Of a DNA stretch of 64,000 bases, positions 61,436-64,000 are shown one piece after another (position 1 is the stretch's first letter; each line of letters starts with the position of its first letter). Under the pieces are notes generated by a model, which made no database searches, was not told the origin of the DNA, and was given only the letters and a program-made list of their open reading frames with translations. Made by a program: the position numbers and the translations under genes. The DNA lies in the NCBI GenBank assembly GCA_047284725.1, contig JBJBEO010000001.1, forward strand, positions 1,112,203-1,176,202. The letters are read 5' to 3'. This DNA comes from Synechococcus sp. GTDB lineage: Bacteria; Cyanobacteriota; Cyanobacteriia; PCC-6307; Cyanobiaceae.

Positions 61436-63336
61436 GGCTGCATGCCGAGACCGATGGCGGCCTCCTCGATCAGTCCCGCAACGTAGGGGTGGGAGGCGCG
61501 CCTGTCGTCGCAGTGATGCAGGCCGTCATCCGCGAGCGTCACCACCAAGCGTTCACCACTCGGGTTGGTCAGGCTGATGCAACCGCGATGAATTTGTTCA
61601 CAGCTGTAGCGGTGCCCCATCCGCTCAAGGTCCATGGAAGGGTGGTGCTCACGCAACGCCTCGATCTCGAGCTGCAGCCGCTCCTCACCCTGCCATCGGT
61701 TCAGCGAAAGCCTGAAGGCCAGATCAATTCGATCCGGGATGGTTCCCTGGCCCTGCCAGCGCCAGGCAATGGCGTCATGCATGGTTCCGTTCTGGCGCAG
61801 ACGCAGGCGTAGATGCCCTCCCCGCAACGGTCGCTGTTCGATCACCTCACAGCCTCGCGTCCAGAACAGCGGGGCCGGATTGCCAATGCCGAAGGGCTCC
61901 ATCGTCAGCAGTGCTGACCACAGTCGTCGGTCGATCTGGTCAAAGCTGAGCAGGGCTTCAGGTCTGACGACCACACCCTGGGGGCGGTTGCGCATCCATT
62001 CAAGGGCCAAGGTGTTGAGCTGCTCATGCAATGCGGCCACGTTTTCGGCACGAACGGTGAAGCCACCTGCTGCAGGGTGTCCGCCAAAGCGATCCAGATG
62101 CTCTGCGCAGGCTGAAAGCGCCTGATCCACGGCAAAACCATCGGGCGCTCTCACGGAAGCCCGCATGAGCCCATCGCCATCCCCGGCGAGCAGTGCTGCT
62201 GGCCTTTGATAACGCTCCATCAGCCTTGCGGCCACGATGCCGATGACGCCATGGTGCCAGTGGCTCTGGGCCAGCAGCAGGAAGCCGGGCAAGGGTTGGA
62301 TGTCCGCTTCGACCAGGGCGACGGCTTCGGCTTCAATCGCATCGCACAGCTCACGCCGTTGACGATTCAGTCCGTCGCACTCCCGTGCCAGTCCGATCGC
62401 TGCAGCGGTGTTGTCTTCGGTCAGGAGGTCGACGACGAGGCGTGGGTCCCCCAGACGGCCCACGGCATTGATGCGTGGAGCCAGCTGAAAGCCGATATCG
62501 ATGGCACGCAGTGGCCGATCGTCAAGGCCGCTGAGCTGCTGCAAGGCGCGTAAGCCCGCACAGCGGCTGTGATGCAAGCTGCTCAAGCCTTCCCGCAACC
62601 AGCTGCGGTTGGCCCCGGTGAGTGGTGCCATGTCCGCAATGGTGCCGATGCAGAAGAGATCCCGGGCGCTGCTGATCGCGTCTGGTTGATCGAGTGATTC
62701 GGCCAGAGAACGGGCCAGGACGTACGCCAAACCCACACCCGCCAGACCTTTGTAGGGGGACCGACTGGGCGTTGTTTCTGGGTGCAGGAGAGCGAGTGCC
62801 TGGGGTGGTGGATCCGGAATGGTGTGATGGTCCGTGATGATCACCTCAACTCCCAGCTCCTTGGCTCTGGCGAGAGCGGCTTCGGCTGCCACGCCGTTAT
62901 CGACGGTGACCAGAAGCTTGACGCCTTCGTGATGGAGCTCCTCCACCATGCGCACATTCAGGCCGTAGCCATCGTCCATCCGACTGGGAATCGCTGCGAT
63001 CGGATCGGCCCCAAGCGGCTTCAAGGCTCGAATCAGCAGTGCTGTGCTGGTCATGCCGTCGGCGTCGTAGTCACCGCAGATGGCAACGGATTCACCCTGT
63101 TGGCAGGCCTGGGTGAGACGTTCAACAGCCGTTGGAAGATCCGGGAAATGATGCGCCGTTGACGGGAGCGCTGGTGGATCAAGCCACAGGGTCGCTTCGT
63201 CCACAGTCGCGTTCCCCCTCCGAGCCAGCACGGCCCTCAGGGGGAGAGGAAGGTCGAGCCCCTCCAAGGGATTCACGCCCTGGGGTTGGGGCAGTTGCCA
63301 GAGCTGGGGCTTGGAAGCGGAGACCACGAACGCCAT
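61432..63336 (-). CDS. recJ: ssDNA exonuclease RecJ
   Basis: GDYDADG, TVDNG, TDHH, PRINAVGR, GGHPAAGG. Confidence 0.95.
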   Translation of the reverse strand: MAFVVSASKPQLWQLPQPQGVNPLEGLDLPLPLRAVLARRGNATVDEATLWLDPPALPSTAHHFPDLPTAVERLTQACQQGESVAICGDYDADGMTSTALLIRALKPLGADPIAAIPSRMDDGYGLNVRMVEELHHEGVKLLVTVDNGVAAEAALARAKELGVEVIITDHHTIPDPPPQALALLHPETTPSRSPYKGLAGVGLAYVLARSLAESLDQPDAISSARDLFCIGTIADMAPLTGANRSWLREGLSSLHHSRCAGLRALQQLSGLDDRPLRAIDIGFQLAPRINAVGRLGDPRLVVDLLTEDNTAAAIGLARECDGLNRQRRELCDAIEAEAVALVEADIQPLPGFLLLAQSHWHHGVIGIVAARLMERYQRPAALLAGDGDGLMRASVRAPDGFAVDQALSACAEHLDRFGGHPAAGGFTVRAENVAALHEQLNTLALEWMRNRPQGVVVRPEALLSFDQIDRRLWSALLTMEPFGIGNPAPLFWTRGCEVIEQRPLRGGHLRLRLRQNGTMHDAIAWRWQGQGTIPDRIDLAFRLSLNRWQGEERLQLEIEALREHHPSMDLERMGHRYSCEQIHRGCISLTNPSGERLVVTLADDGLHHCDDRRASHPYVAGLIEEAAIGLGMQP

Positions 63337-63399
63337 CGCTTGCGTCTCTGCATTGTGGTGGGTGCTGCAAGCTGGTCGAAACAACGACGACTCGGTGCC

Positions 63400-64000
63400 A
63401 TGGCCCAATTGCAGGCGGTGTTCTGGGATGTGGACGGCACGCTTGCGGATACAGAGATGGATGGGCACAGACCTGCCTTCAATTCCGCTTTCCGTGACCT
63501 TGGCTTGGCTTGGCACTGGGATCGTGCCTCCTATCAGCGCCTGCTCAGCATTCCCGGAGGTCGCCAGCGCATGGCGGTCTATGCCCGCGACCGTGGTGAT
63601 GCGCTGAGTGAGACCCTCTTGGATCAACTGCGTGCTTGCAAACAACAGCACTACCTCGTTCGGATCGCTTCAGGCGCAGTGCAACTGCGTCCTGGAGTCG
63701 CCCGTCTTCTCAATGAGTTGAAGTTCGCGGGTGTCCAACAGTGGATTGTTACCAGCAGCGGTCCGGCTTCGGTGGATGCTCTGCTGAAGGGCCTCTTCGG
63801 GGAAGGGAGCAGTCCGTTTGCAGGTGTGGTGAGTTCCAGTGATGTCGAACGGCACAAACCCGATCCCGCCCCATACCGCTGCGCGCTCGAGCGCAGCGGC
63901 CTCAAGGCGGATGCCTGTGTGGCCCTTGAGGATTCCGCCGCAGGACTGGTGGCAGCGACCGATGCATCCCTGGCCTGCCTCCTGACGCCCTCCGCCTGGG
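63400..64000 (+). CDS. HAD-superfamily hydrolase (CbbY-like), runs off window
   Basis: WDVDGTLADTE..GHRPAFN, KPDP, EDS. Confidence 0.9.
   Translation, partial: MAQLQAVFWDVDGTLADTEMDGHRPAFNSAFRDLGLAWHWDRASYQRLLSIPGGRQRMAVYARDRGDALSETLLDQLRACKQQHYLVRIASGAVQLRPGVARLLNELKFAGVQQWIVTSSGPASVDALLKGLFGEGSSPFAGVVSSSDVERHKPDPAPYRCALERSGLKADACVALEDSAAGLVAATDASLACLLTPSAW

Noticed and set aside
1..64000. CRISPR array, rRNA, IS transposase or prophage genes
   Set aside because: No regularly spaced repeats or matching ORFs seen.

Overview
GC-rich chromosomal window of a marine picocyanobacterium (Synechococcus-like; inferred from acsF, psb30, ctpA, class II nrdJ, ispG and CPP1). Most of it is core genome: prfC, hslO, rsmE, a phnCDE-like ABC transporter, aspC, ispG, ctpA, mfd, a DEAD-box helicase, fmt, tldD/pmbA, acsF, ubiX, an RNase R-like gene, psb30, a CLC channel and recJ. 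Two accessory zones stand out. (1) About 4.5-10.9 kb, ending at tRNA-Ser(TGA), holds an AT-rich PAS + PAS-GGDEF-EAL c-di-GMP module beside an EF-hand/OmpR-EnvZ/ppk2 locus. (2) About 39-47 kb holds a decaying reverse-orientation integron. Its intI has one in-frame TAA, and a second intI relic lies upstream. The attC-bounded cassettes sit downstream of and co-oriented with intI: two lipoproteins, a broken HNH nuclease, and an HNH + MazG-like pair that is a candidate anti-phage system. Two diverged 158-bp copies of an element that looks like the attI platform each precede a cassette. Product names come from motif recognition by eye; no database search was run.
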